Positions 11,201-19,706 of a stretch of DNA of 64,000 nucleotides are shown piece by piece. Every line of letters begins with the position of its first letter. Within the stretch, counting starts at the first letter, position 1. Made by a program: the position numbers and the translations under genes. Source of the DNA: an uncultured Thermoleophilia bacterium (lineage in GTDB: Bacteria; Actinomycetota; Thermoleophilia; UBA2241); assembly GCA_963715985.1 (NCBI GenBank), contig CAVQSP010000013.1:128001-192000 (forward strand), given 5' to 3'. The notes below the pieces were generated by a model. That model saw nothing but the letters and a program-made list of their open reading frames with translations. It had not been told where the DNA came from and ran no database searches.

Positions 11201-11412
11201 TGACAGGCGAGGCGGGCGGACTCCCCGCCTTCGTCGAAGAGGACGATCGCGCCCGCCTCGAACCCCAGTGACGCCACGGTCGCGGCCATCACCTCTTCCA
11301 GGCCGCGCTCGAATCCGCGTGCGTGGCTGACCGCCGCGATGACGTGTTCGAGCAGCGCCCGCTGATCGCCGCCGGGCCGCTTCGGTGCAGTGGATGTGCC
11401 CGCTCGCCTCAT
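8284..11412 (-). CDS. Diguanylate cyclase (GAF-PAS-GAF-GAF-GAF-GGDEF)
   Basis: DGLTGLANHR, IDIDDFKGLNDTWGHQAGD, RYGGEEF, ADAALYAAKRTGKD. Start set at ATG 11412 after a GGGAGA RBS. Confidence 0.92.
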   Translation of the reverse strand: MRRAGTSTAPKRPGGDQRALLEHVIAAVSHARGFERGLEEVMAATVASLGFEAGAIVLFDEGGESARLACQLGLPDDVRAHYARSRRTDLGERALIRGEPLVRLRERGDAVPGEFACAVSVPLGAADAVFGGLTLFSCRPQALSPDPTQVLMAVGREAGELVARARAEEQVRRLNASLEAAVIDRTTALEVVNDALRAEVDERRHAQDELRESEERYRRMFDLEPDALLLVDLDGLTIIDANEAASRMYRHPREALLGMPLVQLSAEPEETRDVARLALESGARHVSLRRHRRADGEEFPVEITSGAFTLSGRRLVTQAVRDVTERERRQAYTEAVGEIQRKLLGADEDAPPATLYDLVLPELMRASGADRVYVFENCPDGRGALLGFQCAELVRPGISAQIDNPVLQGQPWEALGPQWTERLAAGAPVMGRPGDFNEYSRGILEAQDVHSVLTLPLLVNGAFFGIIGFHNCSDDRVWEFSEVALLTTAATSLSAAVERHLAFGALHDRTEELTALLRTSRTIASSIEFQEVLREVARAAGEVLGSPECVIWEYTMRHQRAEFRCLWERRPTPGLAASLEGTSYDIRTHTGGLEALRAAQVVQQSRSDPELAESDRADMDKFGEKTWLTVPLVASGELIGVMILIESAAEREFTPNERRLAASIGEQAAVALANARLHGREAERNRWLRALVEAGRAVTSTLDIDELLPKVAKLAAEAVSSPVAFIYEYDREHDTIVTRTRFGPDGAGRVDPIGSVFEVKEAPDDRRALEEGKVFVETLADRHLHAYVRECMEATGEKTLVNVPLRFQGEALGMLVLVETERERGFTDDELAFLKAFGEQVAIAFNNARLYATIEAQATVDGLTGLANHRTFYDRLGQELARAQRYGTPVSLLMIDIDDFKGLNDTWGHQAGDEVLRELGHVLADQLRQDVDVPARYGGEEFALILPNTGVPRGEPADSPREEPAVGHGEGAEALGERLRTVIAGTAFRVGDGGQTAHLTVSIGVATYPAMARDMDDLVAHADAALYAAKRTGKDLVRVYRR

Positions 11413-11437
11413 CGTTCTCCCAAAGCGCTCATCAGGA

Positions 11438-11465
11438 GTATCGTCCCCGCGCGGCACGGCCTTGA
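11438..11465 (-). promoter_or_regulatory. Putative sigma28 (FliA/WhiG)-type promoter of the diguanylate cyclase
   Basis: TCAA-N16-GACGATAC on the minus strand. Confidence 0.5.
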
Positions 11466-11537
11466 GCGGCGTGCACGCCGTCGCGGGCCCGGACCGGCGT
11501 GACCGCGCCTCCTCGCCGTGACAAGATGAACCTCTGC

Positions 11538-11635
11538 GGAGCGGCTCGTGGTCCGGTGACTACCGCGGTCTTCAAAACCGTCTGCGGGGCAGTGATCCTG
11601 TCCTGGGTGGGTTCGACTCCCATGTCGCTCCGCCA
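11538..11635 (+). tRNA. selC: tRNA-Sec (anticodon UCA)
   Basis: 8-bp acceptor GGAGCGGC/GTCGCTCC, 6-bp D-stem GTGGTC/GACTAC, anticodon loop CT-TCA-AA, long variable arm, T-arm GTGGG-TTCGACT-CCCAT, GCCA end; 98 nt. Confidence 0.95.
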
Positions 11636-11794
11636 GAGCATGCTTCAGCATCGTCGTCGCCGGGCTCGGTGGTGGTACCGTCGCCGGGCGGGAGAGCGGG
11701 GGGCGCCGACTCAGGACCGCTCCCGACGGCGACCGAGAACGCCGTTCACTCCTTCTGGGACTCGCGCCCGGTCGCTTGCGAGTGGCAGCGCCAT

Positions 11795-12110
11795 TCATGA
11801 AGACCGCGCCTTCCTGAAGTCGGGGCAGCACCTGGCTCTGGGTGTCCAGGGTGATGCAGACCGCCGAGTTACCAGCTCGCTCGGACACCACCTGGGCACG
11901 AACGCCCCGGCGCAGAAGCCGTGGCACATCGCTGTGGCGCGGGCCATGGAAACACAGGCGAGGCAGATCCACAGCTTCTACCCGTCGTCCGGATGACGCG
12001 CTGAACGTGCGGGGCGTTCCAGACCCGCGCCTCCGCTGCTGCAAGCAGGCGCTCAGGGTCCCGGCAGGCGCCGCCCAAGAGGAGCCTCTGCTGTCCACGA
12101 CGGCGGCGAG
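11795..12110 (-). pseudogene. Degenerate tyrosine integrase, C-terminal fragment
   Basis: QQRLLLGGACRDPERLLAA / PRTFS...LPRLCFHGPRHSDVPRLLRRGVRAQVVSERAGNSAVCITLDTQSQVLP aligns by eye to the LPRIRFHDLRH...GVHPKVVSERLGHSS..ITLDTYSHV motif; catalytic H is N and Y is Q. Confidence 0.8.
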
Positions 12111-12261
12111 GTCATGGAGCCGCGACCCGCGGCGGACAAGCCCGTCCTTGCGTGGCGCTCGGACACCGAGGGATCTCCCCCCGGGGAGGCTGGCGGTCAT
12201 CTCGCAGGGCGGGCGGGAGCCCTCGCGGTTCATGCGGCGGGGAAGCAGCAGAGACATTTAC

Positions 12262-12288
12262 CTTCATGATTGAGTTACTTCATGATTG
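12262..12288. repeat. Direct repeat CTTCATGATTG x2 (16-bp period) in an AT-richer patch
   Basis: Copies at 12262-12272 and 12278-12288. Confidence 0.6.
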
Positions 12289-12367
12289 GGAAGAAATACG
12301 CCACGCGCTGCGTGGGTCAGGGTCTCGACTCGCACGGCGACCAAACGAGACTCAAGGGGGTTCCAAG

Positions 12368-12988
12368 ATGTCACTGTCCTCGACGACAGGCAGACGCTCT
12401 TTAGCGCTTGCGGCCGCCATACTCCTGCTGGCCGTGGCCTTCCTGGTCTTCTCGGCCAGCGCGCGAGCGGACACGCTCACGCTGGCAGGAGGGTACACGG
12501 AGCTGACCACTGATCCGGGGACGACCAAGGCTCTGGTCGCCAACAGGATCCTGCCGTTGCCGGTGTTTCCTTCGTGGGTCGTCCCCACGCCGGTGGACGG
12601 GAAGCTGGCGCTTCGCTACCGCTTCTACATCACGGGCGGGCAGATCGACTCGTCCACCCTGGCCGGCGAGATCAGGCACTCCGGCGGTCTCAAGTTCGCC
12701 AATCTGACGAACGGCAAGTCCCTTACGGTCCGTGACTTCACCATCGACACCGTCAACCGCCAGCTCACCGCCTACGTGCCGGCGCTCGACGTGCGCGCCC
12801 CGATCCTCGACCTCGACCTGTCCGGCGTGAAGGTGACACCGGGGTCCGTCTACACGAAGGTCGGCCCGGTGCCGGCCGCGCTCACCGGCATCGCCGCGTC
12901 GGTGCTCAACGACAAGCTGTCCACCAGCCTCTTCGCTCCTGGCCTTCTGATCGGCACCGCGAACGTGTACGCGCGCTTCGCCAAGTAA
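12368..12988 (+). CDS. Secreted beta-rich hypothetical protein (weak HtaA-like resemblance)
   Basis: Signal peptide ending ASARA; ITGGQIDSSTLAGEIRHSGGLKF. Confidence 0.7.
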   Translation: MSLSSTTGRRSLALAAAILLLAVAFLVFSASARADTLTLAGGYTELTTDPGTTKALVANRILPLPVFPSWVVPTPVDGKLALRYRFYITGGQIDSSTLAGEIRHSGGLKFANLTNGKSLTVRDFTIDTVNRQLTAYVPALDVRAPILDLDLSGVKVTPGSVYTKVGPVPAALTGIAASVLNDKLSTSLFAPGLLIGTANVYARFAK

Positions 12989-13285
12989 CGATCGCCAAGG
13001 CCCTGCGCACGGGGGGCGGTCCGTCGAACGAGCCCTCGGGCACGGTCGCGGATCGTCCCTCGTCGCGTGGGGCCGCGCAGCCCGCTCCGCTCGGCGAGCT
13101 CCGCGAAATGCGGCCTTCGCGCAGGCCGCGGTGACTCGTCAGGACTCCGCGCACACGCCGGGCGAATGTGTCGCTGGCTTCGTCGCGGGTTGGTCAGCAG
13201 TGGGAAAGCCGGGCGGCGCGCTGTAGCATCGTGAAGTGATCCGGCACGCCAGAACACGCTCCGCGACCTCGCCGCACCCTATACG

Positions 13286-14521
13286 ATGACGCAGCCCACA
13301 TCGACGTCCGGCCGGACGGTGTACGCATCGAAGGCGCGCCGGCGCCTGCGCCGGCGCGTCACACTGGCCGTCGTGCTCGCCGTCGTCTGCGCGGCCGCGG
13401 CCGGCACCGTGCTGCTCGTCGCGGGTCGCGGCGCCGGCGCCCAGACCGGCGCGCAAGAGGCGTCCAGCCCTTCCCCTCAGCCGTCTGCGAGCGCCTCGGT
13501 GGTGAGCACCCTCGCCCTCGGCGACACCAAGGTGCACCGCAACGAGACCGTGCGCCTGCGCTACCGCATCGACGACGCCGCAGGGCGGACCTGGGCGGCC
13601 ACCCTCGAGGTGGTCGACGGCGAAGGTGAACGGGTCAAGAACCAGGGGCTCGGCGCGGCCGTGACGGCGGGCAAGGTCCACACTGCGAGCCTCCGCGCCG
13701 GCTTCCCCAAAGGCACGTACACCTGGGCCGTACACGTGCACGACGAGGCGGGCGCCACGGAGACCACCGCCACGCCCGCCCGCCTGACGGTGCTGGCGCC
13801 GCTGCCGCCGGCCTTCCCCGGCGCCAAGGCCGTCAAGGCGGCGCTCGGCTGGGCCGGACAGCGCAGCGGCGACGTCGCCGTGGCCTTGGTAGACAGCCAC
13901 GGCGACCTCGAAGGCGTGCGCGAACATGTCCGCTTCACCGGCGCCAGCCTGGTCAAGGCGATGCTGCTCGTGGCCTACCTTCGCTCGCACCCCAAGGCGC
14001 ACAGCTCCCTGGACCCCGTGGCCACGAAGATGATCGAGGAGTCCGACAACGCCAGCGCCTTCACCATCCAGGGTGTGGTCGGTGTGTCCGGGCTCAAGAA
14101 GGTGGCGGCGCTCGCGCACATGCAGGACTTCCGCGCCGGGGGGTCGTGGATCGACTCCCAGGTATCGGCTGCCGATCAGGCGCGCTTCTTCTACGACTAC
14201 CTGGACTACGTGCCGTCGTCGCGCCGCGGCTTCGCGCGCACGCTGCTCTCCGGCATCACGTACATGCAGCGCTGGGGCATCCCCGCGGCCGCAGGCCCGG
14301 AGGGGTGGCGCACGTTCTTCAAGGGCGGCTGGCTGTACCTCGACAACGTGCTCATGGTCCAGGCCGCGTGGATGGAGAAGGGCGGCGCTAGGTGGTCCCT
14401 GGCCGTGATGACGGACGAGAACCCGACCAAATCGTACGGCTGGGACACGCAGAAGGGCACCGCCGGGCTGCTGCTGGGCAGGCAGCCGACGCCGGCCTAT
14501 CTGGCGAGAGTCCTGGAGTGA
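13286..14521 (+). CDS. Membrane-anchored serine hydrolase (class A beta-lactamase/PBP-like) with N-terminal Ig-like domain
   Basis: SxxK (SLVK), SDN and KGG motifs; N-terminal TM segment. Confidence 0.8.
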   Translation: MTQPTSTSGRTVYASKARRRLRRRVTLAVVLAVVCAAAAGTVLLVAGRGAGAQTGAQEASSPSPQPSASASVVSTLALGDTKVHRNETVRLRYRIDDAAGRTWAATLEVVDGEGERVKNQGLGAAVTAGKVHTASLRAGFPKGTYTWAVHVHDEAGATETTATPARLTVLAPLPPAFPGAKAVKAALGWAGQRSGDVAVALVDSHGDLEGVREHVRFTGASLVKAMLLVAYLRSHPKAHSSLDPVATKMIEESDNASAFTIQGVVGVSGLKKVAALAHMQDFRAGGSWIDSQVSAADQARFFYDYLDYVPSSRRGFARTLLSGITYMQRWGIPAAAGPEGWRTFFKGGWLYLDNVLMVQAAWMEKGGARWSLAVMTDENPTKSYGWDTQKGTAGLLLGRQPTPAYLARVLE

Positions 14522-14549
14522 CCCGCGGGCGCGCGGCGCGCGCCGGCGC

Positions 14550-15065
14550 TCAGTCCTCCGGGTAGTCGACGGCCTCGATCGTCAGGTCGCGGTCGCCCTT
14601 GGGGCGGCGCCAGCGCACCTTGGCGCCCACGCGCGCGTCCAGCAGCGCCTCGGCGAGTGGCGAGACGTAGCTGATCTTGCCGGCGTTGGGGTCGGCCTCG
14701 TCCTCGCCGACGATGGTGAACGTGCGACTGGTCCCGTCCGGTTCGGTGACCATGACGGCGGCGCCGAACTTGACCATGCGCCGCGGCTGTCCCTTGGGCT
14801 CCACGAGGATCGCCGTCTCCAGGCGTTTGGTGAAGTACGTGAGGTCGCGGTCGACGTAGGCCAGCTGCTCCTCGGCGAGGGAGCCCTCCTCTTCGGCGGC
14901 GGTGAGCAGCGCGAGCCGCCGCTCCTCAAGCTCACCCACGCGTTGCTCCAGCTGGCGCAGGCCCGCCGGCGTGACGTAGTTCGGGTGATCGCTGATCTGC
15001 CGTTCCGGAAGCCCTTCTTCAGGGACGTCCCCGTCCTGTTCCTTGACGAATGCTCTGCTCATCAT
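14550..15065 (-). CDS. GreA/GreB family elongation factor
   Basis: MSRAFVKE, NYVTPAGL, FGAAV, IVGEDEADP...ISYVSPLAEALL. Confidence 0.9.
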   Translation of the reverse strand: MMSRAFVKEQDGDVPEEGLPERQISDHPNYVTPAGLRQLEQRVGELEERRLALLTAAEEEGSLAEEQLAYVDRDLTYFTKRLETAILVEPKGQPRRMVKFGAAVMVTEPDGTSRTFTIVGEDEADPNAGKISYVSPLAEALLDARVGAKVRWRRPKGDRDLTIEAVDYPED

Positions 15066-15140
15066 CCCTCGGTGGTGTCGCCGTGGCCCGGCTGGTGGTG
15101 CGGCCTCGCGGCCTCCGCCTCATGTGTTCGACGGCTACCG

Positions 15141-15168
15141 GTTTAGTCCCCCCGGAGGGAGGGGGTAG
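15141..15168 (+). promoter_or_regulatory. Possible SigB/SigF-type stress promoter of ferritin
   Basis: GTTT-N18-GGGTA; the spacer contains homopolymer runs prone to indel error. Confidence 0.35.
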
Positions 15169-15227
15169 AAACCCTGCGACACGCGGCCGCAGCGGCGGCG
15201 GCGCAAACCGAGAGCGAGGGTGGGGAC

Positions 15228-15753
15228 ATGCTGGACACGAGGATGCAGGACGCGATCAATTCGCAGATCAACTGGGAGTTCTACTCGGCCTACCTCTATC
15301 TCTCCATGGCGAGCCAGTTCGCGGCCAGCGGCATGCCCGGCGGACAGAGCTGGATGACGGTGCAGTACCAGGAGGAGATCGCCCACGCGCGCATCATGTT
15401 CAACTACGTGCTCACGCGCGGCGGCAGGGTGGTCCTCGAGGAGATCGACAAGCCGCAGACGGACTGGGCCGACGGGCTCTCCATGTTCGAGGACGCACTG
15501 GCGCACGAGGAGAAGGTCACGGCGCGCATCCACGAGCTCGCCTCGCTGGCCCTCGAGATCAAGGATCACGCCACGTACAACTTCCTGCAGTGGTTCATCG
15601 CCGAGCAGGTCGAGGAGGAGGAGAGCGCCTCGGACATGGTGCAGAAGTTCCGCATGGCCGGGGAGCACCCGGCCGGCCTGTACCAGCTGGACAAGGAGCT
15701 GGCCACTCGGGTGTACAACGTGCCGTCGCCGCTGGCCGCGGCGCGGCGCCTGA
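15228..15753 (+). CDS. ftnA: Non-heme ferritin; true stop probably TGA 15751-15753 after an indel
   Basis: QINWEFYSAYLYLSMA, EEIAHA, HEEKVT, NFLQWFIAEQVEEE ferroxidase motifs. Confidence 0.9.
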
Positions 15754-15775
15754 GGCGTGACGCCGGCCCGCCCGC

Positions 15776-16270
15776 TCAGCGCGGAGCCGGTGGACCGTCC
15801 CACAGCGGCAGCACCATGAGCAGGCAGGGGTTGTCCGGGCCCCACAGCTGCGGCAACTCCTCCAGCGGCATGAAGCCCATCGCCTCGTAGAACCGCCGCG
15901 TCGCCGCGTACCCCGGGTCGGGGTCGCTGGGCGCCAGCGTCTTCACGTGCAGCAGCAGGAAGCCCTCGGCGCGGGCGTAGGCGGCCGCGCGCTCCACGAG
16001 CGCGCGGCCTATCCCGCGCCGGTGATGCTCCTGCCGGACCGCCAGCACGTGCACTTCGATGGCGGCGGCGCTGGTGGGTCTGAGCGTGATGAAGCCGGCC
16101 ACGGCGTCCCCTTCGAGAACGACGAACGTGGGCAGGCGTTCGGCCGCGTCGGCGTACTCGACGATGGCGCTCTCGATCCCGAACCAGCCGGGCAGGGCGC
16201 GGAGGACGCCTTCGGCGGCCGCGCCCTGCCCGGCCAGCGGGCCCAGGACCTCTATCGACGGATCGTGCAC
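15776..16270 (-). CDS. GNAT N-acetyltransferase
   Basis: LRALPGWFGIE, HRRGIGRALV, VKTL..., TRRFYEAMGF. Confidence 0.85.
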   Translation of the reverse strand: MHDPSIEVLGPLAGQGAAAEGVLRALPGWFGIESAIVEYADAAERLPTFVVLEGDAVAGFITLRPTSAAAIEVHVLAVRQEHHRRGIGRALVERAAAYARAEGFLLLHVKTLAPSDPDPGYAATRRFYEAMGFMPLEELPQLWGPDNPCLLMVLPLWDGPPAPR

Positions 16271-16284
16271 GCCGGCTATGGCGC

Positions 16285-17049
16285 TCAGGTCACGTCGCGG
16301 CGCAGCGAGATGAAGACGGCCGCGACGCTGACGATGGCGATGTAGGCGATGCTCACGAGAAAGGCCTGCGGGCGGTCGAGGCCCGTGACGGTCGCCATGG
16401 TGTCGGCGGCCTGCATGCTCACGTTGCCCACCGTCACCTGGTTGAAGACGCTGAACGGCAGCCAGTTGCCCACGGCGGGCTTGAGGGCGGCGATGAAGGG
16501 CTCGGCGATGAGCGCCCAGACCAGCGTGACGGCCACGGTGACGACCTGTGCGCGCACCAGCGCGCCCAGCGCCACGCCGAAGGCGGTGATGAGCCCGGCC
16601 ACCACGATCTGCCGCGCGTAGTCGCCCAGGGTGGCGCCGCCGGTGGCGTCGATCTCCACCTGCCGGATCGCGGCGCCCAGGCCGATCACCGCCCATACCA
16701 GCACCACGGCGAGCAGCATCATCGCCATGCCCACCACGGCGTACACGGCGAGCTTCATCACCATCACCTGCCAGCGTCGCGGCGTGACGAGGTAGGAGTA
16801 CGTGATGGTGCCGTGCCGGTACTCCCCGGTCATGCCGAGGATGCCGAACACGAGCAGGGCCAGGGGAACCAGCGTGCTGGCCGTGTTGAGGAAGCTGGTC
16901 ACGCCGTCGGTCTCCAGCCAGGTCGTGGGCAGCAGCGACAGCAGCAGCACCAGCGGGACGAGCACCACGAGCAGCACGACGATGAACAGCACCAGGGCGG
17001 TGCGGGTGCTGCGCAGCTTGAGGAACTCGGAGCGGGCGAGGGCGATCAC
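16285..17049 (-). CDS. ABC-2 exporter permease
   Basis: SEFLKLRSTR, GEYRHGTITYSYLVTPRR, about 6 TM helices, C-terminal RRDVT. Confidence 0.85.
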   Translation of the reverse strand: MIALARSEFLKLRSTRTALVLFIVVLLVVLVPLVLLLSLLPTTWLETDGVTSFLNTASTLVPLALLVFGILGMTGEYRHGTITYSYLVTPRRWQVMVMKLAVYAVVGMAMMLLAVVLVWAVIGLGAAIRQVEIDATGGATLGDYARQIVVAGLITAFGVALGALVRAQVVTVAVTLVWALIAEPFIAALKPAVGNWLPFSVFNQVTVGNVSMQAADTMATVTGLDRPQAFLVSIAYIAIVSVAAVFISLRRDVT

Positions 17050-17969
17050 GCGACGGTCTCCGTCCGCGCGGTCGCGTCGTCCCTGCGCGTGCCGGCGATC
17101 TGCAGGAAGAGGTCCTCGAGGCTGGGCTGTTCGGTGAGCAGCTCGTGCACGGGCACCTGGTTGGCGTGCGCGAGCTCGCCGACGTGGGCCGCCGTGGGGC
17201 CGCGCACAGCGAGCGCGTCGTCGAGCCGGTTCACGGCCGCGCCGGAGGCGCTGAGCGCGGCCTCCAGCTTCTCGGCCTGCGGCGAGCGCACCCGCACGAC
17301 GGGCTGCGCTGAGGCCGTGAGCGTGCTGATCGGCCCCTGGGCGAGCAGCCTGCCCTTGCTGAGGATGAGCACGTCGTCCACCGTCTGCTCGACCTCCGCC
17401 AGCACGTGGCTGGAGACGAGCACCGTGCGGCCGTCCTGGGCCTGGGCGCGCAGAAACGTCCGCAGCCAGCGCATGCCCTCCGGGTCCAGGCCGTTGGCCG
17501 GCTCGTCGAGGACGAGCACCTCGGGGTCGCCGAGCAACGCCGCCGCGAGTGCGAGCCGCTGCTTCATGCCGGTGGAGTAGCCCTTGACGCGGCGCTGGGC
17601 CGAGCTCTCGAGCTCCACCAGCTCGAGGACGGTGTCGACGCGGTCGTAGGAGACGCCCGCCCCGGTGGCGATGACGCGCAGGGCGTTCAGGCCGGAACGG
17701 CCCGGGTGGAAGCCCGAGGAGTCGAGCAGCGCGCCCACCCGCTGCGCCGGGGCGCGCAGCTCCCGGTACCGGCTGCCGAGGATGCGCACGGAGCCCGAGC
17801 TCGGTCGCACGAGGTCGAGGATCATGCGGAGGGTGGTGGTCTTGCCCGCGCCGTTGGGGCCGAGGACGCCGGTGATCGTGCCGGCCGCGATGGAGAAGGT
17901 CACGTCGTCCACGGCCAGCACCCTCTTGCCGAAGCGTTTGCTGAGATGCTCGGCCTCGATGACGGCCAT
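17046..17969 (-). CDS. ABC transporter ATP-binding protein
   Basis: GPNGAGKTT, YSTGMKQR, LDEPANGLD, SSH. Confidence 0.92.
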   Translation of the reverse strand: MAVIEAEHLSKRFGKRVLAVDDVTFSIAAGTITGVLGPNGAGKTTTLRMILDLVRPSSGSVRILGSRYRELRAPAQRVGALLDSSGFHPGRSGLNALRVIATGAGVSYDRVDTVLELVELESSAQRRVKGYSTGMKQRLALAAALLGDPEVLVLDEPANGLDPEGMRWLRTFLRAQAQDGRTVLVSSHVLAEVEQTVDDVLILSKGRLLAQGPISTLTASAQPVVRVRSPQAEKLEAALSASGAAVNRLDDALAVRGPTAAHVGELAHANQVPVHELLTEQPSLEDLFLQIAGTRRDDATARTETVA

Positions 17970-18419
17970 GGCCCCTCCCGGTCGCGGTCCGGCCAGAGTC
18001 TACACGACGTGTGCAGGCCCGGACCGGACCGGCCGGGTCACGACTGCAGGGACCTTCCGTACAGTCTCCCGATCCCAGCTGCGCTCGTCCGCCCAGAACA
18101 CGGTACGGCCCACCACCACTCCGTCCGCTTGATGGGCGCCGTCGTCGCAGACGGCGAAGGCGCGGCGCCGGAGGCGAACACCCGGTGCCGTAGGCGAGCA
18201 GGCCGGGGACCGCGGGTGCGGAGACGATGACGGCAAGCACGATCAGCCGTGCCTTCATGCGCCCCTCGCTGCCGGCCGTCCGCACGACGGCGGGTCGCCC
18301 CACAGTCCCGCGAAGCGGGATGGCCGGTGCCTTGCCCGGGCGGACCTGCGATGAGCGTCGCCCCCGCTTCACGGAGGCGCAGCCGGATGGCGGCATGCCT
18401 CCGACGCGTCCGGGGCGGC

Positions 18420-19397
18420 TCAGGGGGTGGGCAGCACCCGCTCGTACACGAGGTGCGAGCCGCGGACCGGCGCCATGCCCACCGACCCGTACAGCTGCAT
18501 GGCCCCGGTGGGGTTCTCGCTGTCCACGCCGAGGTAGGCGGCCGGCAGTCCGCGCCGGTGGAACTCGGCGAAGGAGTGCAGCAGCAGCGCGCGGCCCAGT
18601 CCGCGGCCGCGCCACGGACGGCGCACGGCGAGCTCGTCCACGTACGCGCCCAGCGGAGTCGTGAACGCGAGGAGCACGCCGGCCACCTCACCGCCGTCCC
18701 AGGCCACCCACCAGAGGCCGAGGTCGAGGTCGGGACGCTCGAAGCGGAACGCGAGCCACTCGCCGAAGTCCATCACCTCCGGGCGCCAGTGGTCCTGGAA
18801 GGCCTCGCTGACGGCGGCGTGCACGGCCGCCTCGTCGTGATCGCGGCGAAAGCCGCGGACGGCGATGCCGGGCGGCCAGACCGGTGCCGCGGGCGGCTCC
18901 GCGAGCGAGACCTGCAGGCGCATGAAGGTGCGCACGTGGCGGTAGCTGCGCGCGGCGTAGAGGGCGATCCGCTCTCCGTCCTTCTCGTGGGCCCAGACGC
19001 TGAGCGTCGCGGCCGCCGGAGGCTCCGCGGCGGCGGCCACCTGTGCCGCGCGTTCCTCGCTGCGCTCGAGCAGGAATTCGTCGATGCCCCGTCCGCGGTG
19101 GTCCGGGTGCACGATGGGTCCCGAGACGAACATGGCCGGCGGGTCCTCCTGGTACACGTACCCGTACCCGACGACCTCGCCCGAGGAGGATTCGACAAGC
19201 CACACATCGTCGTCCGTCCTCAAGCGCGGCAGCGACCACTCCTCCGCCACTTCGTGTTCGGTGGCGTCGCTCTCCCCGTGGCGGTCGATGTCACAGGCCC
19301 GCTTCAAGGCCGCGACCGCCGCCACGTCGTGCGGCCGGGGCCGCCGCACGCGGTACCCGGCCGGCGGGGCCGGCCATGCAGGTGTGTGTGACATCAC
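18420..19397 (-). CDS. Tandem-domain GNAT acetyltransferase (MshD-like fold)
   Basis: Two AcCoA motifs (VHPDHRGRGI, VRRPWRGRGLG); GVDSENPTGAMQLY. Confidence 0.85.
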   Translation of the reverse strand: MMSHTPAWPAPPAGYRVRRPRPHDVAAVAALKRACDIDRHGESDATEHEVAEEWSLPRLRTDDDVWLVESSSGEVVGYGYVYQEDPPAMFVSGPIVHPDHRGRGIDEFLLERSEERAAQVAAAAEPPAAATLSVWAHEKDGERIALYAARSYRHVRTFMRLQVSLAEPPAAPVWPPGIAVRGFRRDHDEAAVHAAVSEAFQDHWRPEVMDFGEWLAFRFERPDLDLGLWWVAWDGGEVAGVLLAFTTPLGAYVDELAVRRPWRGRGLGRALLLHSFAEFHRRGLPAAYLGVDSENPTGAMQLYGSVGMAPVRGSHLVYERVLPTP

Positions 19398-19657
19398 GCT
19401 CCTCGCCCAAGCTTGATGTCTCCCGAGGGTGACGCCCGGATTCTACCTCGCAGCGCCGGCGAACCTCGGCCAGTCGCCCGTCGTCTCCCGCTCGGGGACG
19501 ACGACGGGCCCGGCACCTCTACTGCCCGTCGTCAGGGGCTGCTGGGGGCAGCAGCGGCGAGGGAGGCGGTGGCGTCACGCCACCGCCTCCCATCGTCGTT
19601 CATCAGGGCCGCTTCCCGCTCAGCCGGCTCGGCGCACACTCGCTGGGAAAGATTTGC

Positions 19658-19684
19658 ACAAGTTTGTTGTACGGGTGCCGATAA
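19658..19684 (+). promoter_or_regulatory. Putative sigma28-type promoter
   Basis: ACAAGTTT-N11-GCCGATAA versus the known consensus TAAAGTTT-N11-GCCGATAA. Confidence 0.65.
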
Positions 19685-19706
19685 ATCCCCTGCGGGATCA
19701 CGGGGC

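Noticed and set aside
11409-12273. Long ORFs overlapping the tRNA on both strands
   Set aside because: They overlap tRNA-Sec; only the integrase-like segment has protein-like signal.
12989-13285. attR or ncRNA downstream of the secreted protein
   Set aside because: Only a short CGCTCCGC match to the tRNA end, expected by chance at this GC content; the hairpins match no family I recognise.
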